DNA of 64,000 bases. Source: Escherichia coli. GTDB lineage: Bacteria; Pseudomonadota; Gammaproteobacteria; Enterobacterales; Enterobacteriaceae. The position numbers and the translations under genes are program-made. Positions within the stretch are counted from its first letter, which is position 1. Each line of letters begins with the position of its first letter. The notes under the pieces were generated by a model that saw nothing but the letters and a program-made list of their open reading frames with translations, was not told the DNA's origin and made no database searches. Location: NCBI RefSeq assembly GCF_029227855.1, contig NZ_CP074356.1, one strand, 5' to 3'. Of the stretch, positions 22,901-33,143 are shown piece after piece.

Positions 22901-23230
22901 TTTACGCAGTAGCACTGCCCCGACCACGGCTTCAACAATATTGATGGTCGTCCAGGTCATGTTCAGCGAGCTGGTGGAAAAAAGCAGGATGGATGCGGCG
23001 ATATTTCCCAGCGAGCAGCTCAGCGCAATCCCCGGCCACATGCGCCCGGCATGGCGATAAAACGCCACCATCATGATGGACGTCGGGAACCACAATGGGG
23101 CGAGTTGGGTGCCAAACTGCGAAAGCTCAAGCGAGAAAAGGGTAAAGATAAACGAGACTAAACCTAAACTGACCAGGTGAAGCAGCGGGTGGGGCAGGGC
23201 AATTAATACATGCTGTGATTGTTTGCTCAT
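19913..23230 (-). CDS. dgcE: Diguanylate cyclase DgcE (YegE); MASE1-PAS-GGDEF-degenerate EAL
   Basis: 1105 aa; N-terminal polytopic membrane domain, PAS repeats, GGDEF motif (ARLGGDEFGLLL) and a C-terminal EAL-like domain. Confidence 0.95.
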   Translation of the reverse strand: MSKQSQHVLIALPHPLLHLVSLGLVSFIFTLFSLELSQFGTQLAPLWFPTSIMMVAFYRHAGRMWPGIALSCSLGNIAASILLFSTSSLNMTWTTINIVEAVVGAVLLRKLLPWYNPLQNLADWLRLALGSAIVPPLLGGVLVVLLTPGDDPLRAFLIWVLSESIGALALVPLGLLFKPHYLLRHRNPRLLFESLLTLAITLTLSWLSMLYLPWPFTFIIVLLMWSAVRLPRMEAFLIFLTTVMMVSLMMAADPSLLATPRTYLMSHMPWLPFLLILLPANIMTMVMYAFRAERKHISESETRFRNAMEYSAIGMALVGTEGQWLQSNKALCQFLGYSQEELRGLTFQQLTWPEDLNKDLQQVEKLISGEINTYSMEKRYYNRNGDVVWALLAVSLVRHTDGTPLYFIAQIEDINELKRTEQVNQQLMERITLANEAGGIGIWEWELKPNIFSWDKRMFELYEIPPHIKPNWQVWYECVLPEDRQHAEKVIRDSLQSRSPFKLEFRITVKDGIRHIRALANRVLNKEGEVERLLGINMDMTEVKQLNEALFQEKERLHITLDSIGEAVVCIDMAMKITFMNPVAEKMSGWTQEEALGVPLLTVLHITFGDNGPLMENIYSADTSRSAIEQDVVLHCRSGGSYDVHYSITPLSTLDGSNIGSVLVIQDVTESRKMLRQLSYSASHDALTHLANRASFEKQLRILLQTVNSTHQRHALVFIDLDRFKAVNDSAGHAAGDALLRELASLMLSMLRSSDVLARLGGDEFGLLLPDCNVESARFIATRIISAVNDYHFIWEGRVHRVGASAGITLIDDNNHQAAEVMSQADIACYASKNGGRGRVTIYEPQQATAHSERAAMSLDEQWRMIKENQLMMIAHGVASPRIPEARNLWLISLKLWSCEGEIIDEQTFRRSFSDPALSHALDRRVFHDFFQQAAKAIASKGISIALPLSVAGLSSATLVNELLEQLENSPLPPRLLHLIIPAEAILDHAESVQKLRLAGCRIVFSQVGRDLQIFNSLKANMADYLLLDGELCANVQGNLMDEMLITIIQGHAQRLGMKTIAGPVVLPLVMDTLSGIGVDLIYGDVIADAQPLDLLVNSSYFAIN

Positions 23231-23547
23231 TACCGCTTTATCCGCAAGACCAGGTCGCCAGTATTCGTTTCTGTGTTTATGCTAGTACAAAAGTTTTACA
23301 TTTTATATGCGAATTGCTCATAAAGTGACGTAAAGGCGGATAATTTGCGCAACTTCGTATAACAATTTTTACCTTGCATTAAAACTGAACAACGTAATTT
23401 GCCACCGGGAATTATTCGTCAACAATTACTCTGAGCGCGCGGCAACGCTATTCGACTGGTATCAGGCGGATGAAATCCCTATAATTGCCGCGTTTGGCGC
23501 TTCGTCGCCCCCTTCCTAACATCCAGGTTAATCAGGTCGCTAAATAT

Positions 23548-24189
23548 ATGACTGATCAGTCTCATCAGTGCGTCATTATCGGTATCGCTGGCGCATCGGC
23601 TTCCGGCAAGAGTCTTATTGCCAGTACCCTTTATCGTGAATTACGTGAGCAAGTCGGTGATGAACACATCGGCGTAATTCCCGAAGACTGCTATTACAAA
23701 GATCAAAGCCATCTGTCGATGGAAGAACGCGTTAAGACCAACTACGACCATCCCAGCGCGATGGATCACAGCCTGCTGCTTGAGCATTTACAAGCATTGA
23801 AACGCGGCTCGGCCATTGACCTGCCGGTTTACAGCTATGTTGAACATACGCGTATGAAAGAAACGGTGACGGTTGAGCCGAAGAAAGTCATCATTCTCGA
23901 AGGCATTTTGCTGCTGACGGATGCGCGTTTGCGTGATGAACTTAACTTCTCAATTTTCGTTGATACCCCGCTGGATATCTGCCTGATGCGCCGCATCAAG
24001 CGTGACGTTAACGAGCGTGGGCGTTCAATGGATTCAGTGATGGCGCAATATCAAAAAACCGTGCGCCCGATGTTCCTGCAATTCATTGAGCCTTCTAAAC
24101 AATATGCGGACATTATCGTGCCGCGCGGCGGGAAAAACCGCATCGCCATCGATATATTGAAAGCGAAAATAAGTCAGTTCTTTGAATAA
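23548..24189 (+). CDS. udk: Uridine/cytidine kinase
   Basis: 213 aa from ATG at 23548 ([23 protein letters not shown]-loop); the ORF-track 5' extension is rejected. Confidence 0.95.
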
Positions 24190-24280
24190 GCTTGATAAAT
24201 TGTGTACCGTTCAGTGATAACCTGGTATGCCCTTGACGTAATTGGCGTTAAGGGAGTGATGCGCGAAAGGAGAAAATGCC

Positions 24281-24862
24281 ATGCGTCTGTGTGACCGAGA
24301 TATTGAAGCCTGGCTTGATGAAGGCCGTTTGTCGATCAACCCACGTCCGCCAGTGGAGCGTATTAACGGCGCGACGGTGGATGTACGCCTGGGCAATAAA
24401 TTTCGTACCTTCCGTGGTCACACGGCAGCGTTTATCGATCTGAGCGGTCCCAAAGATGAAGTGAGCGCCGCGCTTGACCGCGTGATGAGCGATGAGATCG
24501 TTCTCGATGAAAGCGAGGCGTTCTATCTTCACCCAGGAGAGCTGGCGCTGGCGGTGACGCTGGAGTCGGTGACGCTGCCAGCCGATCTGGTGGGCTGGCT
24601 GGACGGGCGTTCCTCATTGGCGCGTCTGGGGCTGATGGTGCACGTCACCGCGCACCGCATCGATCCGGGCTGGTCTGGCTGCATTGTGCTGGAGTTCTAC
24701 AACTCCGGTAAGCTGCCGCTGGCGCTGCGTCCGGGCATGTTAATTGGTGCGCTGAGCTTTGAGCCGCTTTCCGGCCCGGCGGCGCGACCATACAACCGCC
24801 GCGAAGATGCGAAATATCGCAACCAGCAGGGCGCGGTAGCCAGCCGAATCGATAAAGACTAA
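24281..24862 (+). CDS. dcd: dCTP deaminase
   Basis: 193 aa; [23 protein letters not shown]... matches remembered Dcd. Confidence 0.95.
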   Translation: MRLCDRDIEAWLDEGRLSINPRPPVERINGATVDVRLGNKFRTFRGHTAAFIDLSGPKDEVSAALDRVMSDEIVLDESEAFYLHPGELALAVTLESVTLPADLVGWLDGRSSLARLGLMVHVTAHRIDPGWSGCIVLEFYNSGKLPLALRPGMLIGALSFEPLSGPAARPYNRREDAKYRNQQGAVASRIDKD

Positions 24863-24883
24863 TTCAGGCCCATTGAGGATACC

Positions 24884-26737
24884 ATGAGACGATTTCTGAC
24901 GACGCTGATGATACTCCTGGTCGTGCTGGTGGCCGGGTTATCTGCGTTAGTGTTGCTGGTGAATCCGAATGATTTCCGCGACTATATGGTCAAGCAAGTT
25001 GCTGCACGTAGCGGTTATCAATTGCAGCTCGACGGGCCACTGCGTTGGCACGTCTGGCCGCAGCTTAGTATCCTCTCCGGGCGAATGTCTCTCACTGCCC
25101 AGGGCGCGAGCCAGCCACTGGTTCGCGCAGACAACATGCGTCTGGACGTGGCGCTTTTACCACTGCTGAGTCATCAACTGAGCGTTAAGCAGGTGATGCT
25201 AAAAGGGGCAGTGATTCAACTGACGCCGCAGACGGAAGCGGTGCGCAGTGAAGACGCTCCGGTTGCACCGCGCGACAATACCTTGCCGGATCTGTCAGAC
25301 GATCGCGGATGGTCGTTTGATATATCCAGTCTTAAGGTGGCGGACAGCGTGCTGGTGTTCCAGCATGAAGATGACGAGCAGGTGACAATCCGCAATATTC
25401 GCCTGCAAATGGAACAAGATCCCCAACATCGTGGTTCATTTGAGTTCTCCGGGCGGGTTAATCGCGATCAGCGCGATCTCACGATATCCCTTAACGGTAC
25501 GGTAGATGCTTCTGATTATCCGCATGATTTAACGGCGGCTATTGAACAAGTTAACTGGCAGTTGCAGGGTGCAGATTTACCAAAACAAGGTATTCAGGGG
25601 CAGGGGAGTTTCCAGGCCCAGTGGCAGGAGTCACATAAACGCCTTTCATTTAACCAAATTAGTTTGACCGCCAATGACAGTACGCTGAGCGGGCAAGCAC
25701 AGGTCACGCTGACAGAGCAACCGGAATGGCAGCTGAGACTGCAATTTCCGCAACTGAATCTTGACAACCTCATCCCGCTTAATGAAACAGCGAACGGTGA
25801 GAACGGTACCGCGCAGCAAGGGCAGAGCCAATCAACGTTGCCGCGCCCGGTCATTTCTTCGCGTATTGATGAACCGGCCTATCAGGGACTGCAAGGCTTT
25901 ACGGCTGATATTTTGTTGCAGGCCAGTAACGTGCGCTGGCGCGGAATGAATTTTACAGATGTTGCCACGCAAATGACCAACAAGTCGGGTTTGCTGGAAA
26001 TTACTCAACTGCAGGGCAAACTTAACGGTGGACAGGTTTCACTGCCGGGCACGCTGGACGCGACATCAATAAATCCGCGGATAAACTTCCAGCCACGGCT
26101 GGAAAACGTTGAGATTGGTACCATTCTGAAGGCGTTTAACTATCCGATTTCGTTGACCGGAAAGATGTCACTGGCTGGTGATTTCTCCGGTGCTGACATA
26201 GATGCCGACGCATTCCGCCATAACTGGCAAGGACAGGCACATGTCGAAATGACCGACACGCGCATGGAAGGGATGAACTTCCAGCAGATGATTCAGCAAG
26301 CGGTAGAACGTAATGGTGGTGATGTGAAGGCCGCTGAAAACTTCGATAACGTAACGCGTCTTGACCGCTTTACCACCGATTTGACGTTGAAGGATGGCGT
26401 CGTGACGTTAAACGACATGCAAGGTCAATCGCCCATGCTGGCGCTTTCCGGGGCTGGTACGTTGAATCTGGCGGAGCAAACCTGTGACACCCAGTTTGAT
26501 ATTCGGGTCGTGGGGGGCTGGAACGGGGAAAGTAAACTGATTGATTTCCTGAAAGAAACGCCAGTACCGCTGCGGGTTTATGGCAACTGGCAGCAACTCA
26601 ATTACAGCCTGCAAGTGGATCAGTTACTGCGCAAACATCTACAGGACGAAGCGAAACGTCGCCTGAATGACTGGGCCGAGCGGAATAAAGATTCCCGCAA
26701 TGGCAAAGATGTGAAGAAGTTGCTGGAGAAGATGTAG
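24884..26737 (+). CDS. asmA: Outer membrane assembly protein AsmA
   Basis: 617 aa; N-terminal signal anchor MRRFLTTLMILLVVLVAGLSALVLLV; AsmA family. Confidence 0.95.
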   Translation: MRRFLTTLMILLVVLVAGLSALVLLVNPNDFRDYMVKQVAARSGYQLQLDGPLRWHVWPQLSILSGRMSLTAQGASQPLVRADNMRLDVALLPLLSHQLSVKQVMLKGAVIQLTPQTEAVRSEDAPVAPRDNTLPDLSDDRGWSFDISSLKVADSVLVFQHEDDEQVTIRNIRLQMEQDPQHRGSFEFSGRVNRDQRDLTISLNGTVDASDYPHDLTAAIEQVNWQLQGADLPKQGIQGQGSFQAQWQESHKRLSFNQISLTANDSTLSGQAQVTLTEQPEWQLRLQFPQLNLDNLIPLNETANGENGTAQQGQSQSTLPRPVISSRIDEPAYQGLQGFTADILLQASNVRWRGMNFTDVATQMTNKSGLLEITQLQGKLNGGQVSLPGTLDATSINPRINFQPRLENVEIGTILKAFNYPISLTGKMSLAGDFSGADIDADAFRHNWQGQAHVEMTDTRMEGMNFQQMIQQAVERNGGDVKAAENFDNVTRLDRFTTDLTLKDGVVTLNDMQGQSPMLALSGAGTLNLAEQTCDTQFDIRVVGGWNGESKLIDFLKETPVPLRVYGNWQQLNYSLQVDQLLRKHLQDEAKRRLNDWAERNKDSRNGKDVKKLLEKM

Positions 26738-26755
26738 GTTACCAGGTGACTTGTC

Positions 26756-26797
26756 CTGTAGGCCTGATAAGACGCCTGAAGCGTCGCATCAGGCGTT
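26756..26797. repeat. REP element
   Basis: GTAGGCCTGATAAGACGCCTGAAGCGTCGCATCAGGC, a typical REP palindrome downstream of asmA. Confidence 0.5.
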
Positions 26798-27029
26798 CGT
26801 GGCGGCACCATTATATTCTGAATATGTAAGATCGAAGGCTGTTCCGTTCACTTGATGTTCCTCGTTACTATGTAACGCTCAAGCCGGTGAACGTGCCAGG
26901 GTGGCTCAATCTCCACCACCCTGGCAACCCGGGCCCACACCCCCGCTGTGATGTCCGTTTACCACAGACAACGCTTCATTGCTGAAGTTATAAGGCGTTA
27001 CGCAGCATCGGGTAAAATGACCGATACCA

Positions 27030-28613
27030 TCACACCTCGTACTCCATCTCGCCATCCTTATGCAGCGGAATAATCTGCACCTTCTGCACGCGATGGCTTT
27101 CCACCTGCAACGTTTTGAGCAAGTAATCCCCTACCTGAACTTCTTCGCCAGGTTTTGGAATACGCTGCAAATATTCCATCAGCAGCCCGGCAATGGTGTG
27201 ATATTCGCGTTTCTCATCCAGCGGTAGCGGCACATATTGCACCAGATCTTCCAGCGGCATATGACCATTCGCCGTCCAGGAACCGTCCGCATTTTTCTGA
27301 ATATCATGGCGGGCGTCGATCTCTTCCACTTCGTTCGGTAAGTTACCGGCAATGGTTTCTGTGACGTCACTTAATGTCACAATCCCTTCCACTGAACCAA
27401 ACTCATCCACCACAAAAGCAAAGTGCGTGCGGGCATTACGGAACTGCTCCAGGGCTGGTAACAACGGCAAGGTTTCCGGGAACACCAGCGGCTGGCGAAT
27501 CAACACCCGCAGGTTGAGCGGTTCGCCGCGCAGTGACTGTTGTAGCAGGTCGATAACGTGAACAACACCGAGCAAATCTTCTGCGTCATCACCGTCGGTA
27601 ACCACCAGCCGCGTATGCTGATTTCGCTCCAGCAACTGGCGGATCTCGTCTTCCGGCGCGTTGAGATCGATATGCTCAATATCGTGGCGCGACGTCATAA
27701 TGCTGCTGACGGTACGCTGATTAAGATTAAGGACCCGCTCAATCATCCGCCGTTCCTGCGGGTTAAAGATCTGCTGGTTACCATGATCCACCAGCATGGA
27801 CGCGGTTTCGGCGTCCAGTTCCGCATCTTCTTTTTGCCCGCTAAGCAGGCGCATTACCGCTTCGGTAGTCCGCTGGCGCAGCGTCTGGTTAGCGGAAAGA
27901 AAACGTCGCCGGTTAAAGATAGCCAACTGATTGAGCGCCTCGATCATCACCGAGAAACCAATGGCAGCGTACAGGTAGCCTTTCGGAATGACGAAGCCGA
28001 AACCTTCCGCCACCAGGCTAAAGCCAATCATCAACAGGAAACTTAAGCAGAGTATGACGATGGTCGGGTGGCTATTAACAAACTGAGTTAACGGCTTGCT
28101 GGCCATCAACATCAGGCTGATAGCGATAACGACGGCGGCCATCATGACCAGTAAATGGTCGACCATTCCGACGGCGGTAATCACCGAGTCGAGTGAGAAG
28201 ATGGCGTCCAGCACCACAATTTGCGTCACCACCCCCCAGAACTTCGCACCTTTGCGTTGCGTGGGGTTATTGCTGTCTTTCCCTTCCAGCCGTTCGTTCA
28301 ACTCCATCGTGGCTTTGAACAACAGGAAGAAACCACCAAACAGCATGATTAAGTCGCGGGCGCTAAAGGTAAACGAGCGGAAGCTGAACAGTGGTTGCGT
28401 CAGGGTGACCAGCCAGGAGATTGACGCCAGCAGTAACAGGCGCATTAACATTGCCAGCAGCAGCCCGGTAACTCGTGCGCGGTCACGCTGCTTCGGCGGT
28501 AGTTTTTCGGCGAGGATGGCAATAAAGACCAGGTTATCAATGCCGAGGACCAGTTCGATCACAATCAGCGTGATTAACCCGGCCCAGATAGACGGATCGG
28601 CAATCCATTCCAT
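27030..28613 (-). CDS. yegH: TerC-family membrane protein with CBS/CorC domains YegH
   Basis: 527 aa from ATG at 28613 ([30 protein letters not shown], TerC motif); C-terminal CBS pair and CorC domain. Confidence 0.9.
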   Translation of the reverse strand: MEWIADPSIWAGLITLIVIELVLGIDNLVFIAILAEKLPPKQRDRARVTGLLLAMLMRLLLLASISWLVTLTQPLFSFRSFTFSARDLIMLFGGFFLLFKATMELNERLEGKDSNNPTQRKGAKFWGVVTQIVVLDAIFSLDSVITAVGMVDHLLVMMAAVVIAISLMLMASKPLTQFVNSHPTIVILCLSFLLMIGFSLVAEGFGFVIPKGYLYAAIGFSVMIEALNQLAIFNRRRFLSANQTLRQRTTEAVMRLLSGQKEDAELDAETASMLVDHGNQQIFNPQERRMIERVLNLNQRTVSSIMTSRHDIEHIDLNAPEDEIRQLLERNQHTRLVVTDGDDAEDLLGVVHVIDLLQQSLRGEPLNLRVLIRQPLVFPETLPLLPALEQFRNARTHFAFVVDEFGSVEGIVTLSDVTETIAGNLPNEVEEIDARHDIQKNADGSWTANGHMPLEDLVQYVPLPLDEKREYHTIAGLLMEYLQRIPKPGEEVQVGDYLLKTLQVESHRVQKVQIIPLHKDGEMEYEV

Positions 28614-29044
28614 AGTAAGTACAAAACCTATTCGTTGTATGACAAATGTCACAATTCGATCATGGATAAATCAGGGCAAAAATGCAATGTTACGGCACTA
28701 TTTATCTCACATTATTTGAGGATTATAACATCGCATTATCCCTGAATTAAAAGTGGTAATAATAAAATATTATTTAAGAAATATCGCATATAGATACGCC
28801 GTATTAAATATTGTCAACATAAAGAAACTCCTAAAAAATACCACACATGACACTTAATATAATTCTTAAAAATAGCCAATTGCCGATTTGTTACCTTGCC
28901 TGCAATTCCGTTAGCTGTAACACTTCCTCCTGCATTATTGTAGAGCTAATATTCAATTACCATAATGCCACCTTATATCTGGAAAATTAATATCCGGAAT
29001 AACGCTTTTTCATAAACGACTGCGTTAGAAAATCTAAGCTAAAT

Positions 29045-29083
29045 CAGTGTATTGGTAGCTAAAAAGCCAGGGGCGGTAGCGTG
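29045..29083 (+). promoter_or_regulatory. JUMPstart element with ops (GGCGGTAGCGTG, RfaH recruitment) in the colanic acid operon leader
   Basis: CAGTGTATTGGTAGCTAAAAAGCCAGGGGCGGTAGCGTG matches the 39-bp JUMPstart consensus; ops core at 29072..29083, about 180 bp upstream of wza. Confidence 0.7.
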
Positions 29084-29261
29084 TCTGGATGCCTGAAAGA
29101 CCAGTCTGAATTATTCTTTCAATAGCCTGCGGATGAAATCAATTTTTTTAGGACTGATGCCAGTTAAATTTTTATTCAATTAACTGCAAGGTAAATGTGC
29201 ATGGCGACATTGCTATTAATAGTGCACAGGATAATTACTCTGCCAAAGTGATAAATAAACA

Positions 29262-30401
29262 ATGATGAAATCCAAAATGAAATTGATGCCATTATTGGTG
29301 TCAGTAACCTTGATAAGCGGTTGCACAGTACTTCCGGGCAGCAATATGTCTACGATGGGTAAAGACGTCATCAAACAGCAGGACGCTGATTTCGATCTCG
29401 ACAAAATGGTGAATGTTTATCCGTTGACCCCGCGCCTGATTGATCAATTACGCCCACGCCCCAACGTAGCGCGCCCCAATATGACGCTGGAAAGCGAGAT
29501 CGCGAATTACCAGTATCGCGTCGGGCCGGGGGACGTTCTTAATGTCACCGTCTGGGATCACCCGGAGCTCACCACGCCAGCCGGTCAGTACCGCAGCTCC
29601 AGCGACACCGGCAACTGGGTACAGCCTGACGGCACCATGTTCTACCCGTATATCGGCAAGGTTCACGTCGTGGGGAAAACGCTCGCTGAAATCCGCAGTG
29701 ATATTACCGGGCGCTTAGCGACGTACATCGCTGATCCGCAGGTGGACGTTAATATCGCCGCCTTCCGCTCACAAAAGGCCTATATCTCCGGTCAGGTGAA
29801 TAAATCCGGTCAACAGGCGATCACCAACGTGCCACTGACCATTCTCGATGCCATCAACGCCGCAGGTGGCCTGACCGACACCGCTGACTGGCGCAACGTG
29901 GTGCTAACACACAATGGTCGTGAAGAACGCATTTCTTTGCAGGCGCTGATGCAAAACGGCGACCTCAATCAGAACCGACTGCTTTATCCTGGCGATATTC
30001 TCTACGTGCCGCGTAATGATGATCTGAAAGTGTTTGTGATGGGTGAAGTGAAAAAACAGAGCACCCTGAAAATGGACTTTAGCGGCATGACCCTGACTGA
30101 AGCCCTGGGCAATGCTGAAGGCATCGACATGACCACCTCCAACGCCAGCGGCATCTTTGTCATTCGTCCGCTGAAAGGCGAGGGCGGGCGTAACGGCAAG
30201 ATTGCCAATATCTATCAGCTGGATATGTCCGATGCCACGTCGCTGGTGATGGCGACAGAATTCCGCCTGCAACCTTATGACGTGGTGTATGTCACCACCG
30301 CACCGGTTTCCCGCTGGAACCGTCTGATCAATCAGTTGCTGCCAACTATTAGCGGTGTCCGTTACATGACGGATACAGCCAGCGACATTCATAACTGGTA
30401 A
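29262..30401 (+). CDS. wza: Colanic acid outer membrane export lipoprotein Wza
   Basis: 379 aa; lipoprotein signal [21 protein letters not shown]. Confidence 0.95.
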   Translation: MMKSKMKLMPLLVSVTLISGCTVLPGSNMSTMGKDVIKQQDADFDLDKMVNVYPLTPRLIDQLRPRPNVARPNMTLESEIANYQYRVGPGDVLNVTVWDHPELTTPAGQYRSSSDTGNWVQPDGTMFYPYIGKVHVVGKTLAEIRSDITGRLATYIADPQVDVNIAAFRSQKAYISGQVNKSGQQAITNVPLTILDAINAAGGLTDTADWRNVVLTHNGREERISLQALMQNGDLNQNRLLYPGDILYVPRNDDLKVFVMGEVKKQSTLKMDFSGMTLTEALGNAEGIDMTTSNASGIFVIRPLKGEGGRNGKIANIYQLDMSDATSLVMATEFRLQPYDVVYVTTAPVSRWNRLINQLLPTISGVRYMTDTASDIHNW

Positions 30402-30406
30402 TCGTC

Positions 30407-30850
30407 ATGTTTAACAACATCTTAGTTGTCTGCGTCGGCAATATTTGCCGTTCCCCGACGGCGGAACGCTTACTGCAACGTTATCACCCGGAGCTAAAAG
30501 TGGAGTCCGCTGGACTCGGCGCGCTGGTCGGAAAGGGCGCTGATCCTACCGCTATCAGCGTCGCCGCAGAACATCAACTGTCTCTGGAAGGTCATTGCGC
30601 ACGGCAAATCAGCCGCCGTCTGTGTCGCAACTACGACCTGATTCTGACCATGGAAAAGCGCCATATCGAACGCTTATGCGAGATGGCACCGGAGATGCGC
30701 GGCAAAGTGATGCTGTTTGGTCACTGGGATAACGAATGTGAAATCCCCGATCCGTATCGCAAAAGCCGGGAAACGTTTGCAGCGGTGTACACATTACTTG
30801 AACGGTCTGCCCGCCAGTGGGCGCAGGCATTGAACGCAGAGCAGGTATAA
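30407..30850 (+). CDS. wzb: Low-molecular-weight protein-tyrosine phosphatase Wzb
   Basis: 147 aa; CX5R P-loop VCVGNICRSPTAE. Confidence 0.95.
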   Translation: MFNNILVVCVGNICRSPTAERLLQRYHPELKVESAGLGALVGKGADPTAISVAAEHQLSLEGHCARQISRRLCRNYDLILTMEKRHIERLCEMAPEMRGKVMLFGHWDNECEIPDPYRKSRETFAAVYTLLERSARQWAQALNAEQV

Positions 30851-30852
30851 GA

Positions 30853-33015
30853 ATGACAGAAAAAGTAAAACAACATGCCGCTCCGGTAACGGGCAGTGAT
30901 GAAATCGATATTGGTCGCCTGGTCGGCACCGTCATTGAAGCGCGCTGGTGGGTGATTGGCATCACCGCCGTATTTGCCCTCTGTGCCGTGGTTTACACCT
31001 TCTTCGCCACGCCGATTTATAGTGCCGACGCACTGGTACAAATCGAGCAAAACAGCGGCAATTCGTTAGTGCAGGACATTGGTTCGGCATTAGCCAACAA
31101 ACCGCCAGCATCGGACGCCGAGATCCAGTTGATTCGTTCGCGTCTGGTGCTTGGTAAAACGGTGGACGATCTCGACCTCGATATTGCAGTGAGCAAAAAC
31201 ACGTTCCCGATTTTCGGTGCGGGCTGGGATCGCCTGATGGGACGCCAGAACGAGACGGTAAAAGTGACCACCTTTAACCGCCCGAAAGAGATGGCGGATC
31301 AGGTGTTTACGCTTAATGTGCTGGACGATAAAAACTACACTCTGAGCAGCGATGGCGGCTTTAGCGCCCGTGGGCAAGCGGGCCAGATGCTGAAAAAAGA
31401 AGGCGTCACACTGATGGTTGAAGCCATTCACGCCAGCCCGGGCAGTGAGTTTACCGTCACCAAATACTCCACGCTGGGGATGATCAACCAACTGCAAAAC
31501 AGCCTGACGGTAATGGAGAACGGCAAAGACGCAGGCGTACTGAGCCTGACTTATACCGGTGAAGATCGCGAACAGATCCGCGACATTCTTAACAGCATCG
31601 CTCGTAACTATCAGGAACAAAATATTGAGCGCAAATCGGCGGAAGCGTCGAAAAGCCTCGCTTTCCTCGCGCAACAGTTACCGGAAGTACGTAGCCGCCT
31701 TGATGTTGCCGAAAACAAACTGAATGCCTTCCGTCAGGATAAAGATTCTGTTGATCTGCCGCTGGAAGCGAAAGCGGTGCTCGATTCGATGGTGAACATC
31801 GACGCGCAGTTGAACGAACTGACCTTTAAAGAGGCGGAAATCTCCAAGCTGTACACTAAAGTTCACCCGGCGTACCGCACGCTGCTGGAGAAACGGCAGG
31901 CGCTGGAAGACGAAAAAGCCAAACTGAACGGGCGTGTAACGGCGATGCCGAAAACCCAGCAGGAAATTGTCCGTCTGACCCGCGATGTCGAGTCTGGTCA
32001 ACAGGTCTATATGCAACTGCTGAATAAAGAGCAGGAGCTGAAAATCACCGAAGCCAGCACCGTCGGCGATGTGCGCATTGTTGACCCGGCAATCACCCAG
32101 CCTGGCGTGCTAAAACCGAAGAAAGGGCTGATTATCCTCGGCGCGATTATCCTTGGCCTGATGCTCTCTATCGTGGGTGTGCTGCTGCGCTCGTTGTTTA
32201 ATCGCGGCATCGAAAGCCCGCAGGTGCTGGAAGAACACGGTATCAGCGTCTATGCCAGCATCCCGTTGTCGGAATGGCAGAAAGCGCGCGATAGCGTCAA
32301 AACCATCAAAGGGATTAAACGCTATAAACAGAGCCAGCTACTGGCGGTGGGGAATCCAACCGATCTGGCGATTGAAGCCATTCGCAGTCTGCGTACCAGT
32401 CTGCACTTCGCGATGATGCAGGCACAGAACAATGTGTTGATGATGACAGGGGTTAGCCCGTCAATCGGTAAAACCTTTGTCTGCGCCAACCTGGCGGCGG
32501 TGATCAGCCAGACCAATAAACGGGTGTTGTTGATCGACTGCGATATGCGCAAAGGCTACACCCACGAGCTGTTGGGCACTAATAACGTTAATGGCCTGTC
32601 GGAAATTCTGATTGGTCAGGGCGATATTACTACCGCTGCTAAACCGACCTCTATTGCCAAATTTGACCTGATCCCGCGCGGTCAGGTACCGCCAAATCCT
32701 TCTGAACTGTTGATGAGCGAACGCTTTGCCGAACTGGTGAACTGGGCGAGTAAAAACTACGACCTGGTGTTGATTGATACGCCGCCGATTCTGGCAGTGA
32801 CCGATGCCGCAATTGTTGGTCGTCATGTCGGAACCACGTTAATGGTGGCGCGTTATGCGGTCAACACATTGAAAGAAGTGGAAACCAGTCTGAGCCGCTT
32901 TGAGCAAAACGGTATTCCGGTGAAAGGGGTGATTCTGAACTCCATCTTCCGCCGCGCCAGCGCGTATCAGGATTATGGCTATTACGAATACGAATATAAG
33001 TCGGACGCGAAATAA
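30853..33015 (+). CDS. wzc: Tyrosine autokinase / polysaccharide co-polymerase Wzc
   Basis: 720 aa from ATG at 30853 (MTEKVKQHAAP...); Walker A GVSPSIGKT and C-terminal Tyr-rich tail YQDYGYYEYEYKSD. Confidence 0.95.
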   Translation: MTEKVKQHAAPVTGSDEIDIGRLVGTVIEARWWVIGITAVFALCAVVYTFFATPIYSADALVQIEQNSGNSLVQDIGSALANKPPASDAEIQLIRSRLVLGKTVDDLDLDIAVSKNTFPIFGAGWDRLMGRQNETVKVTTFNRPKEMADQVFTLNVLDDKNYTLSSDGGFSARGQAGQMLKKEGVTLMVEAIHASPGSEFTVTKYSTLGMINQLQNSLTVMENGKDAGVLSLTYTGEDREQIRDILNSIARNYQEQNIERKSAEASKSLAFLAQQLPEVRSRLDVAENKLNAFRQDKDSVDLPLEAKAVLDSMVNIDAQLNELTFKEAEISKLYTKVHPAYRTLLEKRQALEDEKAKLNGRVTAMPKTQQEIVRLTRDVESGQQVYMQLLNKEQELKITEASTVGDVRIVDPAITQPGVLKPKKGLIILGAIILGLMLSIVGVLLRSLFNRGIESPQVLEEHGISVYASIPLSEWQKARDSVKTIKGIKRYKQSQLLAVGNPTDLAIEAIRSLRTSLHFAMMQAQNNVLMMTGVSPSIGKTFVCANLAAVISQTNKRVLLIDCDMRKGYTHELLGTNNVNGLSEILIGQGDITTAAKPTSIAKFDLIPRGQVPPNPSELLMSERFAELVNWASKNYDLVLIDTPPILAVTDAAIVGRHVGTTLMVARYAVNTLKEVETSLSRFEQNGIPVKGVILNSIFRRASAYQDYGYYEYEYKSDAK

Positions 33016-33023
33016 CGAGATCC

Positions 33024-33082
33024 GCTGTCGGATGCGATGCTGACGCATCTTATCCGACCTCCGTTCACGCCGCATCCGGCAA
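33024..33082. repeat. REP-like palindromic unit(s) (possible BIME)
   Basis: CGGATGCGATGCTGACGCATCTTATCCGACC ... CGCCGCATCCGGC between wzc and wcaA. Confidence 0.35.
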
Positions 33083-33143
33083 CAGAACCCGTAAACAAGC
33101 TTATAAACCGGCAGAACATCTCGACACTCCGGGAGAACAACCT

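Noticed and set aside
23485-23547. 5'-extended starts proposed by the ORF track for udk (and similarly wzc, wcaD, cpsG, galF, yegH, mdtA, yegD, yegP)
   Set aside because: Internal start codons give proteins matching the known N-termini and lengths and have better Shine-Dalgarno spacing; the extensions are just the longest-ORF convention.
28096-28719. 207-aa plus-strand ORF overlapping yegH
   Set aside because: Antisense to yegH, whose TerC and CBS domains are clear; low-complexity Ser/Ile-rich translation.
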